Origin: an uncultured archaeon
GTDB taxonomy: Archaea; Thermoplasmatota; Thermoplasmata; Thermoplasmatales; Thermoplasmataceae
NCBI GenBank assembly: GCA_000965745.1
Contig: CP009479.1
Span: forward strand, 1,536,001-1,600,000
Length of the DNA stretch: 64,000 bases
Direction of reading: 5' to 3'
This document shows positions 30,045-39,374 of this stretch, piece by piece. Under the pieces are notes generated by a model, which made no database searches, was not told the origin of the DNA, and saw nothing but the letters and a program-made list of their open reading frames with translations. A program made the translations under genes and the position numbers. How positions within the stretch are numbered: the first letter of the stretch is position 1; each line of letters starts with the position of its first letter.

Positions 30045-31064
30045 TCACTGTGACAGATCCAGGTATACCCTTCCGAATACCTTTCTCTCAAGCATGTCAC
30101 TATAAGCTTCATTAATCCGCTCTAGGGGAACTTTCTTCCCTATAATAGGTTTTATCTTTCCCTGTGAGGTCAGTTCCAGAGCTTTTTGCATATCCTTTCT
30201 TGTGGAACTTATGCTTCCTGAGATGCTGTTGCCCTTGAGTATGATCAGGCCCAGCGGTAGGTTTACAGGTTCAGGAGTGACATTTCCTATAACCACCATC
30301 CTGCCTCCTGTCCTTAAGCTCCTCAATGAACTATCAAATGTATGGATCCCGACATTTTCAAGAGCCACGTGTACACCGTCCCCTAAAATTTCTTTGATCT
30401 CCTTGTCGAATCTTCCTCCTGAATGAACTATGTGATCGGCACCCAAATTTCGTATCTGTTCTTCCTTCCACGCAGAGCTGGTTTCAGCAATAACTTCTGC
30501 CCCTATTGCCTTAGCGATCTGAATCGCATGCGCACCAACTCCTCCTCCGGCTCCAGTTATAAGAACCCTCATTCCACTCTTTAGTCCACCAACCTCATGC
30601 AGAGCATGGTAAACCATCCCCGTAACGCAGGCAGAGATTGCTGCACCTTCATGGGTAACATTTTCCGGAACTTTTACAACACTTCTTTCAGTGACCTTGA
30701 TATATTGTGCATAACCGCCATTCAGCAATTCTCCGTAGGTTCTCTTGTTCAGGCAGAGATTTTCGTTCCCTGATAGGCAGAACTCACATTTGCCGCATGG
30801 ATCATATATGAGGCTTGCCACCCTGTCACCGTTCTTGAAATCTTTGACGTCGGGCCCTGTTTCCACAATTACTCCAGATATCTCGTGCCCGGGCACTATC
30901 GGAGTTTTTACTCTTGGAAAAAAGCCATCTCTGGTGAGGATATCCCTGAAGCAGATCCCTGTCAGCTCCTGTTTGATGAGGATCTCGTTTCCTGACACCT
31001 CGGGCTTATCCAGATCTACAACTTCAAGAGGCTCCTTTATATTGTTGAGAACCGCAGCCTTCAT
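30045..31064 (-). CDS. Zinc-dependent alcohol dehydrogenase (MDR family, acryloyl-CoA reductase-like)
   Basis: GICFRD, GHE, CGKCEFC..C, TGAGGGVG; start at MKAAVL. Confidence 0.88.
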   Translation of the reverse strand: MKAAVLNNIKEPLEVVDLDKPEVSGNEILIKQELTGICFRDILTRDGFFPRVKTPIVPGHEISGVIVETGPDVKDFKNGDRVASLIYDPCGKCEFCLSGNENLCLNKRTYGELLNGGYAQYIKVTERSVVKVPENVTHEGAAISACVTGMVYHALHEVGGLKSGMRVLITGAGGGVGAHAIQIAKAIGAEVIAETSSAWKEEQIRNLGADHIVHSGGRFDKEIKEILGDGVHVALENVGIHTFDSSLRSLRTGGRMVVIGNVTPEPVNLPLGLIILKGNSISGSISSTRKDMQKALELTSQGKIKPIIGKKVPLERINEAYSDMLERKVFGRVYLDLSQ

Positions 31065-31206
31065 AGATTGAAATAAACTCGGGATATAAGCCATCTTTGA
31101 TAGTGGAATTAAGGTCCAATATTCTGCCATCTTTGAATCTCTACCATCATAGGGCGTATTTTCAAAGAACTCATAAAAAGGTTTTATTGCCTGTAGTGTT
31201 TGAGGA

Positions 31207-31989
31207 TTGATGGTTGATGCCAGATATTCAAGGCAGTCAATTCTGCGAGTTTTTGAACCTGGCGACTTTGACAGGATCAGGGAATCCACCATAGTGGTTG
31301 TAGGGATTGGCGGAACAGGGTCGATGGCGGCAGACCTCTTTGCCAGGGTCGGGGTTAAGAAGCTGAAAATAGTCGACAGAGATTTTGTCTCAATTTCGAA
31401 TCTTCACAGGCAGATCCTCTACGATGACGATGATATTGGCGAACCGAAGGTGGCAGTCGCCAAAAGAAAACTGAACAGGATCAACCCGGACGTTTCCATC
31501 GAAGAATGCAATGCTGCATTTGATGCATCGAATGCGGAGGACTTGATATCCGATGCAGATTTGGTGTTTGACGGAACTGATAATTTTACAACGAGGCTCA
31601 TAATAAACGACGCGTGTGTAAAACTGCGAAAGCCATGGATTTACACATCTGCAATAGAAACCTATGGGGAAGTAAAAACAATCATCCCGGGAAAAACCTC
31701 CTGTCTTGCCTGTTATGTAACGATGCCCAATCAGAGGCAGCCTGTCTGCTCAGAGGTTGGTGTGTTCCCGTCCGTTCCGAACATGGTGGCATCCTTTGCT
31801 TTTACAATGGCGATTAAGGCTTTGACCGGTCACGAGGTCTCCGGAGATCTCTTTTTTTTCGATCCATGGAAGGGCGATACCCAGAAGCTGGCCATAAAGA
31901 GAAACGATAGCTGCAAATCGTGCTCAAGGAATGAATTTGAATATCTCGACAAAAAATATTCCTCTCTCGGTATAAGGCCGTTGATCTAG
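31207..31989 (+). CDS. ThiF/MoeB/E1-like adenylyltransferase
   Basis: YSRQ, GIGGTG, SNLHRQ, DGTDN, CLAC and CKSC. Confidence 0.9.
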   Translation: MMVDARYSRQSILRVFEPGDFDRIRESTIVVVGIGGTGSMAADLFARVGVKKLKIVDRDFVSISNLHRQILYDDDDIGEPKVAVAKRKLNRINPDVSIEECNAAFDASNAEDLISDADLVFDGTDNFTTRLIINDACVKLRKPWIYTSAIETYGEVKTIIPGKTSCLACYVTMPNQRQPVCSEVGVFPSVPNMVASFAFTMAIKALTGHEVSGDLFFFDPWKGDTQKLAIKRNDSCKSCSRNEFEYLDKKYSSLGIRPLI

Positions 31990-32046
31990 ACAGGGTGTGG
32001 CTTGGATTAGTTTTTTTAACAACCTGAATATGTGGTCAGGGATCTG

Positions 32047-32667
32047 ATGATTAAAGGAGTCATATTTGATCTTGACGGAACAATTCTGGATTCGGTTGAT
32101 CTTCGGGTAAAAGCTTGGAGATACGCGTTCCAGATGGTTGACATCAGTGTGCCGGGCGATGAAATACGACCGCTGATCGGGCTTCCGGGGGAAAATCTCG
32201 CAGGCAGGTATTACAAGTACCCTGACGAAGTTGAGAAAATGGAAGAGCAGTTCTTCAAGAGCCACCTGTCAGAAGCAAGTTTCTACTCTGATGTAGGAGA
32301 CACCTTCACTTCTCTGTCTTCAAGAGACATAAATACTGTTATAGTCACATCTTCAAGGAAAGACCTGACCAAGAGGCTGGACATTCCGGTCAACAGGATC
32401 GTGACAATCGACGATGTCACAAACGGTAAGCCTGATACTGAACCATATCTCAAAGCTCTTGCTTACATGAAGATTGAGCCTTCTGAGCTCATGGTCGTGG
32501 GGGATTCTGAATCTGACCTGATGCCGGCCAAAAAACTGGGGGCGCTTTCTGTTATGGTTCTCCACGGCAGGGACGTTGAAAGCAAGTACGCGGACTACTA
32601 CGTTGACGAGATAGGGGACGTAGTCCAGCTTATAGACAAAGTGACCGCGGTTAAATACAGCTTCTAG
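32047..32667 (+). CDS. HAD-superfamily hydrolase
   Basis: FDLDGT, KPD, VGDSESD. Confidence 0.9.
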   Translation: MIKGVIFDLDGTILDSVDLRVKAWRYAFQMVDISVPGDEIRPLIGLPGENLAGRYYKYPDEVEKMEEQFFKSHLSEASFYSDVGDTFTSLSSRDINTVIVTSSRKDLTKRLDIPVNRIVTIDDVTNGKPDTEPYLKALAYMKIEPSELMVVGDSESDLMPAKKLGALSVMVLHGRDVESKYADYYVDEIGDVVQLIDKVTAVKYSF

Positions 32668-32756
32668 AGTCAAGCTTCTGCAGGTTAACCGCAGCAACTC
32701 TTTTTTTGCCGACTCCGTTCGGGCTAAGATAATCTATCTGGAATCAATACAGTCAT

Positions 32757-33053
32757 ATGATATTGGCAGAAGTCACCTTCATACCAGTCGATGTTGGAAC
32801 ATCCGGTTCCAGGTATGTAAAGATTGCACTGGGCATATTCAAGGATGAAGGGATAAGTTACTATCCCAACAGCATGGGGACAGTACTCGAAGATGAGAGC
32901 ATGGACAGGATCCTGGACGTGATCAAAAAGGCGGAAAGCGAGATCATCAGAAATGGTGTAAAGCGACTCGAAACGGCAATCAAAATCGATCATAGGGTGG
33001 ATGTTGAAAACAGCGTATCGAGAAAACTGAAATCCATAGGCGTGGGAAATTAA
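32757..33053 (+). CDS. MTH1187/thiamine-binding family protein
   Basis: TSGSRYV..SMGTVLE..IKIDHR. Confidence 0.85.
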   Translation: MILAEVTFIPVDVGTSGSRYVKIALGIFKDEGISYYPNSMGTVLEDESMDRILDVIKKAESEIIRNGVKRLETAIKIDHRVDVENSVSRKLKSIGVGN

Positions 33054-33106
33054 GGTTTCCGTATAGAAATCGCTACAAAACGTTAATAATTAAGAATTGT
33101 TAGAAG

Positions 33107-33574
33107 GTGAGGGAAGGAGGATATAAACTGGTGTCCAAGACGGAAACTGTCACCAGGGAAGCACTCAGCCATCTGCTTATCCTGGAACAGTTAAAAAGTG
33201 GGGATAAATATCCTTATCAGATAATACAGGGAATAACTTCCAAATTCAGCTCTAACTACAAACCCAGCACAGGTGTAGTCTATCCGTCACTGTACAGGAT
33301 GCTGGAAAAAGGTTACATAGTAAAGCGCAAGAGATTCTACCACATAACTGACGAGGGGCTGAAGGTATTCACAGAACAGTATGAAGATTTTCTGGCCAGG
33401 ATTGAAGATTTTTACGAGGAAAAACAGTTTCTCAAGCAGTACCATGAATCTCTGAAAAGATTATCCAGGGTGATTTACCAGACAGACAGGAATTTCATGC
33501 ATGAATATGAGAAAAATATTGTTTCAAAGCTTAACGAGATAGCGGACAAAATCGAAAACATGGATCCCATCTAA
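33107..33574 (+). CDS. PadR family transcriptional regulator
   Basis: YPYQI..PSTGVVYPSL..YHITDEG; true start possibly GTG 33131. Confidence 0.85.
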   Translation: MREGGYKLVSKTETVTREALSHLLILEQLKSGDKYPYQIIQGITSKFSSNYKPSTGVVYPSLYRMLEKGYIVKRKRFYHITDEGLKVFTEQYEDFLARIEDFYEEKQFLKQYHESLKRLSRVIYQTDRNFMHEYEKNIVSKLNEIADKIENMDPI

Positions 33575-33587
33575 AACTTTCTTTCAA

Positions 33588-33772
33588 CTCCAGTGGGCGA
33601 GAAATCTCATTCAGAAAGGAGGGGATGAACACGGATATTTATTTACGGCATTCAGATCTAATGGATGTCCACATGCAGACATAAGTGAAGGTGGTCGATT
33701 CAAGCCCATGGAGATTCCGCCAGCAACCGTTGAAGTGGAAACCTCCCTTCTAGAGATGGGGGAGGAGATCAC
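33588..33772 (+). mobile_element. Non-autonomous IS200/IS605 derivative (MITE/PATE-like)
   Basis: Left part resembles left end of the IS at 40553; right part resembles tnpB 3' end/right end and terminates GGAGGAGATCAC; preceded by TTCAA. Confidence 0.7.
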
Positions 33773-33804
33773 CCATTTAGTAAACCTATAAATATCAAGT
33801 TCAA

Positions 33805-33820
33805 CTATCGAAATCGATAG
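33805..33820. promoter_or_regulatory. Palindromic operator candidate CTATCGA-AA-TCGATAG
   Basis: Perfect 7-bp inverted repeat between TATA-like box and ABC ATPase start; 12/16 similar copy at 33061-33076. Confidence 0.5.
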
Positions 33821-33822
33821 AT

Positions 33823-34818
33823 TTGCCGGGCAATATTATAGAAACAAAAGATCTGACCAAGATTTACAAGGGAAATATCAGGGCAGTAGACTCACTCAAT
33901 ATTCAAATAAAGGAAGGTGAAGTTTATGGCTTGCTTGGCCCAAACGGTGCGGGAAAGAGGACTACCATCAACATGCTTATCACCAGAATATCCCCCACAT
34001 CCGGTACAGCATCCGTTGACGGCTTTGATATCGTCAAGGAATCCCTGCAGGTTAGAAAAACCATAGGTGTAGTGCCTCAGGACTTAACTGCTGATGAAGA
34101 TCTTACCGGAAGGGAGAATCTTGTCATGGTTTCACAATTCTATGATGTACCCAAGCCAACGGCAGAGGACAGGATCAGGCAGCTACTCAAGCTTGTAGAC
34201 CTTGAAGATGCGGCCGACAGATATGTAAACACTTATTCTGGCGGGATGAGAAAGAGGCTGGAGCTTATACTGGGGCTAGTGCACGACCCAAAGATACTTT
34301 TTCTTGATGAGCCAACCCTGGGGCTTGACATTCAGACCAGGACACAAATGTGGGATTACGTCAGGGAGATACAGGAAAGGCTGAATGTAACGATTATTCT
34401 AACCTCCCATTATCTGGAGGAAATAGATGCACTGGCAGATATGGTATCAATTATAGATCATGGGAAAGTGCTTATAACGGGAACACCCGAGGAGCTGAAG
34501 GAATCGCTAAAAGGGGATATTATAACAATCACACTGAAGGACGAGGCGAATGTAGAAGTGATGAAGAAAGTTCCTAATGTTGTGGAGGTCACAGAACATG
34601 GCCCCAACACGCTTCGGATAAAGGTTGTAAACGCAGACGAATCACTGCCCGATATAATCAACTACATTTCAAAGAACGGCCTTTCAACCAACAAACTGAC
34701 TGTTCAGAAGCCAACACTCGATGAAGTTTTCCTTGAGTACACGGGAAGGAACATAAGGTCAGAGGAACCTGCAGACGCCAGAAAAATGATGATGAATATG
34801 AGGAGGATGAGAAGATGA
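33823..34818 (+). CDS. ABC transporter ATP-binding protein (DrrA-like)
   Basis: GPNGAGKRT (variant Walker A), YSGGM, LFLDEPT, SH switch. Confidence 0.92.
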   Translation: MPGNIIETKDLTKIYKGNIRAVDSLNIQIKEGEVYGLLGPNGAGKRTTINMLITRISPTSGTASVDGFDIVKESLQVRKTIGVVPQDLTADEDLTGRENLVMVSQFYDVPKPTAEDRIRQLLKLVDLEDAADRYVNTYSGGMRKRLELILGLVHDPKILFLDEPTLGLDIQTRTQMWDYVREIQERLNVTIILTSHYLEEIDALADMVSIIDHGKVLITGTPEELKESLKGDIITITLKDEANVEVMKKVPNVVEVTEHGPNTLRIKVVNADESLPDIINYISKNGLSTNKLTVQKPTLDEVFLEYTGRNIRSEEPADARKMMMNMRRMRR

Positions 34819-35621
34819 GTGGAATCGGGCCCTTAACCGTAAGGGAACTGAAGAAATGGTACAGGAATCCTGTCTTTTTCGTTACCGGGCTACTGCAGCC
34901 GTTTTTCTGGATCGCCCTGTTTGGAAGTGCATTTGACATCACTAAGTTCTTCCCGCAGGCAAGCGAACTTGTTCTTGGAGGGGCTCCAAACTACATAACA
35001 TACATAGTGGGAGGTGTCCTGACAATTTCCGGTTTATTCACTGCAATGTTTGCAGGGACAAATATAATTTTCGACAGGAGGCTCGGGCCAATGGGGAGGT
35101 TCCTGTCTTCCCCAATAAGGAGAAGTTCAATAGTCTTCTCAAAGGTCTTTTCATCGGTCATAAGAATACTTCCTCAGATACTGATCCTAATTGCTGCGGC
35201 GATCATCATACCCAACGGCCTCAAATTTGCGAACGGGTTTACCGTCCCTGACGCGCTGGTTCTGCTTACTGCCATAATTCTCATATCCCTGATTTTCTCG
35301 TCAATCTTCAGTGCCATCGCCATCCGGATGACCAACATGAACTCCATCTTCGGAATCGTTAACCTTGTCAATCTGCCGCTTCTATTCGTGAGCTATGCCA
35401 TGTTTTCGTCAGAAATGATGGCAGGTTGGCTTGCAGACATTGCGAAATACAATCCGGTTTCATGGTCTGCCGAGTCAATAAGAATGGTCATCATAAACGG
35501 CAGTAATATGACCATGTCACAATGGGGGCAGATAGGAGAATGGCTTGGGGGACTCGCAGTGCTTGCTGTAAGCCTGACTCTTCTTACTGCTTATCTGGCA
35601 GAGAAGGAGATTAGAGACTAG
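34815..35621 (+). CDS. ABC-2 type transporter permease
   Basis: Six TM helices, IIFDRRLG, YNPVSW; ATGA overlap. Confidence 0.9.
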   Translation: MSGIGPLTVRELKKWYRNPVFFVTGLLQPFFWIALFGSAFDITKFFPQASELVLGGAPNYITYIVGGVLTISGLFTAMFAGTNIIFDRRLGPMGRFLSSPIRRSSIVFSKVFSSVIRILPQILILIAAAIIIPNGLKFANGFTVPDALVLLTAIILISLIFSSIFSAIAIRMTNMNSIFGIVNLVNLPLLFVSYAMFSSEMMAGWLADIAKYNPVSWSAESIRMVIINGSNMTMSQWGQIGEWLGGLAVLAVSLTLLTAYLAEKEIRD

Positions 35622-35647
35622 AATATCAGAAACTTCAGGTGCAGTGA

Positions 35648-36124
35648 TTGAAAGAGAGGGATTATGCCAACAGGGTCATGTTCATGCTTTCGTTCAGGGA
35701 GATGTCTGGCTATCAGCTCTCCAAGAACATACATCACCATGGGGAACAGATATCCAGCGGAACCCTGGTACCCATACTTAGAAACCTTGAATCTGCAGGT
35801 CTGATCACTTACAGGAGAAGTGGCAAACGAAAAATTTACGGCCTCACTGACAAGGGAAGGATATACACCCAATCCCTTAGAGAGATAGGCGACGAGCTCA
35901 AGAAAAAGATGTTCGTTGAGAGCGTGGATCAGAACCTGCTTTACTACGATATACTCACGAACTATGAGGACGTAGAGGCAATAAAGAAAGTCCTGGATAA
36001 GCTCGGGGATTTGCTGCTTGAGGTTATTCGAGCAGGATTCAGGTTGGAGAAGAAAAGTTCACCTGATGAACTGGACAAGCTTGAAAGGGAGATAAGATAC
36101 GTGCTGGAGACGAAGAAAACATGA
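35648..36124 (+). CDS. PadR family transcriptional regulator
   Basis: SGYQL..ISSGTLVPIL..KIYGLTDKG. Confidence 0.85.
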   Translation: MKERDYANRVMFMLSFREMSGYQLSKNIHHHGEQISSGTLVPILRNLESAGLITYRRSGKRKIYGLTDKGRIYTQSLREIGDELKKKMFVESVDQNLLYYDILTNYEDVEAIKKVLDKLGDLLLEVIRAGFRLEKKSSPDELDKLEREIRYVLETKKT

Positions 36125-37587
36125 GTTACGGCTACCCTGAAATGAAATCTCCAAAAGTAGAGAACCATGAGGGCATAACTATCGGAATCCTGGCGTTCAT
36201 GGGGATACTCATCACTTATGTCGAGACAATGATAACGCCTGCTCTCCCTGTTTTTGTAAACGTATTCAATACAAATTATGACACGCTCTCATGGGTCCTA
36301 ACCGCTTACATAATTACAGGAACCACTGCAGCGGCCTTGTTCGGTAAGCTCGCAGACATAGTGGGCAAGAAAAAGATCTTTCTGTCTCTCGCAATAGTCT
36401 ACGCACTGGCAGTCAGTTTCGGGGGGTTCGTCAACACGATCGGCGAGCTTATTGCGGTCAGGGCAGTACAAGGCCTGGGTTTTGGGATGTTCCCCATCGC
36501 ATTTGCAGTACTTAACGATCAGGTGCCCAGGGAAAGGCTTGCCCTGGCCCAGGGCATCATCAGCTCAACATTCGCGGGCGGATCAGCAGTCGGCCTGGTG
36601 GGCGGAGCATACATAACACAGAATTTTGGCTGGGAGTGGTCCTATCACTCCGCAATACCCCTTGCTTTCGGCCTTGTCATTTTCGCCGCATTGTTCCTCA
36701 AGGATTATTCTGTCCCGAGGAAGGAAAAAATAGATTTTCTGGGAATAGGGTCACTTGCTATTGGCCTTACAACCCTGATTTTCGGCCTGTCGGAAGGCCA
36801 GTATCTTGGATGGTCATCTCCTGAAATCATTGGAATTTTTTCAGGCTCGCTGTTATCATTCATCGTGTTTGCATGGGCGGAGTCACACGTTGAGAAACCG
36901 TTCATAGACATTAATCTGCTCAAGATCAGGAATGTGTTCCTTGCGAACTTTACCGGGCTGTTTGCGCTTGCGGCCCTCTTCTTCTTGTTCTACTCAATAC
37001 CCCCGTTGCTTCAGGACCCATCTCCAGCAGGTTTTGGCCAATCAATATTCAGGTCCGGGCTGGTTCTTCTTCCAGCATCAATACTGACCATGGTTTTTGC
37101 TTCGGTTGCTGCAAAGGTAACGACAAACCGCGGGCCAAAAGTGGCAATTCTCATCGGGAGCATCATCCTTTTCTTTGCATACCTGGGGCTCCTCTTCAAT
37201 AGAGGCTCAATAGTATCAATTTCTGAGGATTCCGCAATTCTTGGCATCGGAATGTCATTCATATTTGTGGGCGTGATAAACATACTGCTAATCTCCATAC
37301 CTGTTTCAAGGTCGGGAGAGGCAACGGGAATGAACGTAGTCTTCAGGAACATAGGGATGTCAATCGCTCCGGCAATAGGCGGCGTTCTTGAAACAGTTTA
37401 CACAACCAACGTTGTGGTGGGGTATCTTCCATACAAACTGGGGCAGCTTCCTGTTGTTCCTATAATGACTTCGTTCCCATCCACAAGGGCTTTTGACTCC
37501 ATATATCTCGTGGGCATTGTGTTTCTTGTAGCCGCAATAATATTTACACTGATGATGAAAAACATCATAGTTGGAAAAGGTAGGTAA
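36121..37587 (+). CDS. MFS transporter (DHA2-like, about 14 TM)
   Basis: GKLADIVGKKK motif A, RAVQGLG. Confidence 0.92.
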   Translation: MSYGYPEMKSPKVENHEGITIGILAFMGILITYVETMITPALPVFVNVFNTNYDTLSWVLTAYIITGTTAAALFGKLADIVGKKKIFLSLAIVYALAVSFGGFVNTIGELIAVRAVQGLGFGMFPIAFAVLNDQVPRERLALAQGIISSTFAGGSAVGLVGGAYITQNFGWEWSYHSAIPLAFGLVIFAALFLKDYSVPRKEKIDFLGIGSLAIGLTTLIFGLSEGQYLGWSSPEIIGIFSGSLLSFIVFAWAESHVEKPFIDINLLKIRNVFLANFTGLFALAALFFLFYSIPPLLQDPSPAGFGQSIFRSGLVLLPASILTMVFASVAAKVTTNRGPKVAILIGSIILFFAYLGLLFNRGSIVSISEDSAILGIGMSFIFVGVINILLISIPVSRSGEATGMNVVFRNIGMSIAPAIGGVLETVYTTNVVVGYLPYKLGQLPVVPIMTSFPSTRAFDSIYLVGIVFLVAAIIFTLMMKNIIVGKGR

Positions 37588-37589
37588 AA

Positions 37590-39329
37590 ATGAAAAAAAG
37601 TATAGTATCTCTGGTTTTAGTAATGCTGGCATCCACTGCATTTTTTGGACTGGCAGGACATGCTGAAGCTGCAACTGCCCCATCCGGGACAGTTAGTGTG
37701 ACGGGCGTGTCATGGTTTTCGCCAAATTCCACAAATCAGGCAGTCCCCGGTATGGATAACATCCCGCTCTTTGTAACATTCTTCAACGCCCAGGCTCTCA
37801 CAAACGTGTCTGTGCACGTCAACCTGACTGCCTATGCAGCTGGAGTTTTCAGCTACAGTTACATCATCGGCCCGGACAAACAGGTGAATGAAGTCTACAA
37901 TTTTCCTGCACTCCCTGCTCAGAGCACAACAACGGTTGAACAGACAGTGAACATATCCGGCAACGCGCCTAATGGAATCTACGTGGAGAACCTGAGCTTC
38001 TCATACGGAAACTCCACCACAACATACTATGGGAATGCATCATTCAATCTTCCACTTGCGGGATCTGTAAACATTGTTTCACCGACCGCATATTTCGGAT
38101 CGCAGTCTTCACCTATTGCAGGAACTCCAGGAATGAGCAATGTGCCAGTGACAGTAATGCTGGAGAACACCGGGACTGCGGCTGCAACCAATGTAACTGT
38201 CTCCTACGCGCCATCAGGGAGCCTTTCCGGATTGGCACAGCATACCACAATTTCCGCTATACCTTCATTCGGCGTGATTCCGGTTACATTCATCGCGTCC
38301 GTCTCGGATAACGCCACAGTAACGCAGGCCTATAGCCAGAATCTCACAGTCTCATACTACGGAACATCCCACAAAGTTCAATTCCTGCTGCCCATAACCG
38401 GCTCATCAAAGCTGTCAATAATCAACTACTTCACAAACCCGCCCGTGATATTCCAGGATGAGAAATTCATAAGCCTCACACTTGTCACAGAGAACTCAGG
38501 AAGCTCCTTCGCAAAGAACGTATCGGTATCTTTGGCTTCCAGCAGGTTCGATGTGCTGACGAACCCTTACAACCTGTCATACTACCCTTCAGGCAGCATC
38601 CAGCATTTCACTTTCCTGATAAGCGCAAAGAACTACACCGGGATGTCGGATCTAACCGTAACCCTCGGTAAGACAACACTGGGAATATCACTCAATCTGC
38701 GTTCACATGGAAGCTTTGGAATCGCAGCAAGCATACCCGACCTTCATACAGGGGTGAATAACCAGCTTCTGTCATTCAACATAACCAATACCGGCGTCAC
38801 TACCCTTTACGACTTCTCTCTGCACCTGCTCTCCCCCAGTGTCATATCACTCCATATCCCGACTTCCAACCCACTTGCAGCACTCACTGAAACAAACGTG
38901 ACATTCGCCCAGATCAATCCGGGCCAGACTGTGACGGCGACATTCCTCGTGGATACAAGCGGCTCTGCCCAGTTTGAGACATATCCGGCGCAGCTCGCAA
39001 TAAGCTGGAGGTTGAACAACTCTGTTAGCCCGTTCTACCACACCTACAATTTCAACGAGAAAGTGACGCCTACAGGCATACAGAACCTGCAGGGTGTTTT
39101 CACATTCACTCCGTTGAACATCGCAGTTCTGGCTCTCATAGTCGCTCTCGTCATTGGCCTGGTCGCATTTGCAGGTAGGAGCAGAAAACTAAAGAAAGAA
39201 GCCGATCAGCTCAGGAAAGAAAAGAAGAGCGAGGAACTTAAGCAGCTCCCCCACAAAGACTCAAACGGAAATGATCAGCTCTCCAGAATAATCGGGAGCG
39301 CGGACGAAAATCAGAAAAGGGGCAGGTAA
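37590..39329 (+). CDS. COG1361-type S-layer-domain/Ig-repeat cell-surface protein
   Basis: Signal peptide, repeated LENTG..A.NVTV and ENSGSS.AKNVSV units, C-terminal TM anchor and charged tail. Confidence 0.7.
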   Translation: MKKSIVSLVLVMLASTAFFGLAGHAEAATAPSGTVSVTGVSWFSPNSTNQAVPGMDNIPLFVTFFNAQALTNVSVHVNLTAYAAGVFSYSYIIGPDKQVNEVYNFPALPAQSTTTVEQTVNISGNAPNGIYVENLSFSYGNSTTTYYGNASFNLPLAGSVNIVSPTAYFGSQSSPIAGTPGMSNVPVTVMLENTGTAAATNVTVSYAPSGSLSGLAQHTTISAIPSFGVIPVTFIASVSDNATVTQAYSQNLTVSYYGTSHKVQFLLPITGSSKLSIINYFTNPPVIFQDEKFISLTLVTENSGSSFAKNVSVSLASSRFDVLTNPYNLSYYPSGSIQHFTFLISAKNYTGMSDLTVTLGKTTLGISLNLRSHGSFGIAASIPDLHTGVNNQLLSFNITNTGVTTLYDFSLHLLSPSVISLHIPTSNPLAALTETNVTFAQINPGQTVTATFLVDTSGSAQFETYPAQLAISWRLNNSVSPFYHTYNFNEKVTPTGIQNLQGVFTFTPLNIAVLALIVALVIGLVAFAGRSRKLKKEADQLRKEKKSEELKQLPHKDSNGNDQLSRIIGSADENQKRGR

Positions 39330-39374
39330 GATTTTCCTGCCAACATTTATTACGCACTGAAAATAGGGGTATAT

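Noticed and set aside
31064-31292. 75-aa N-terminal extension of the zinc dehydrogenase in the ORF track
   Set aside because: Overlaps the divergent ThiF gene; the family starts at MKAAVL
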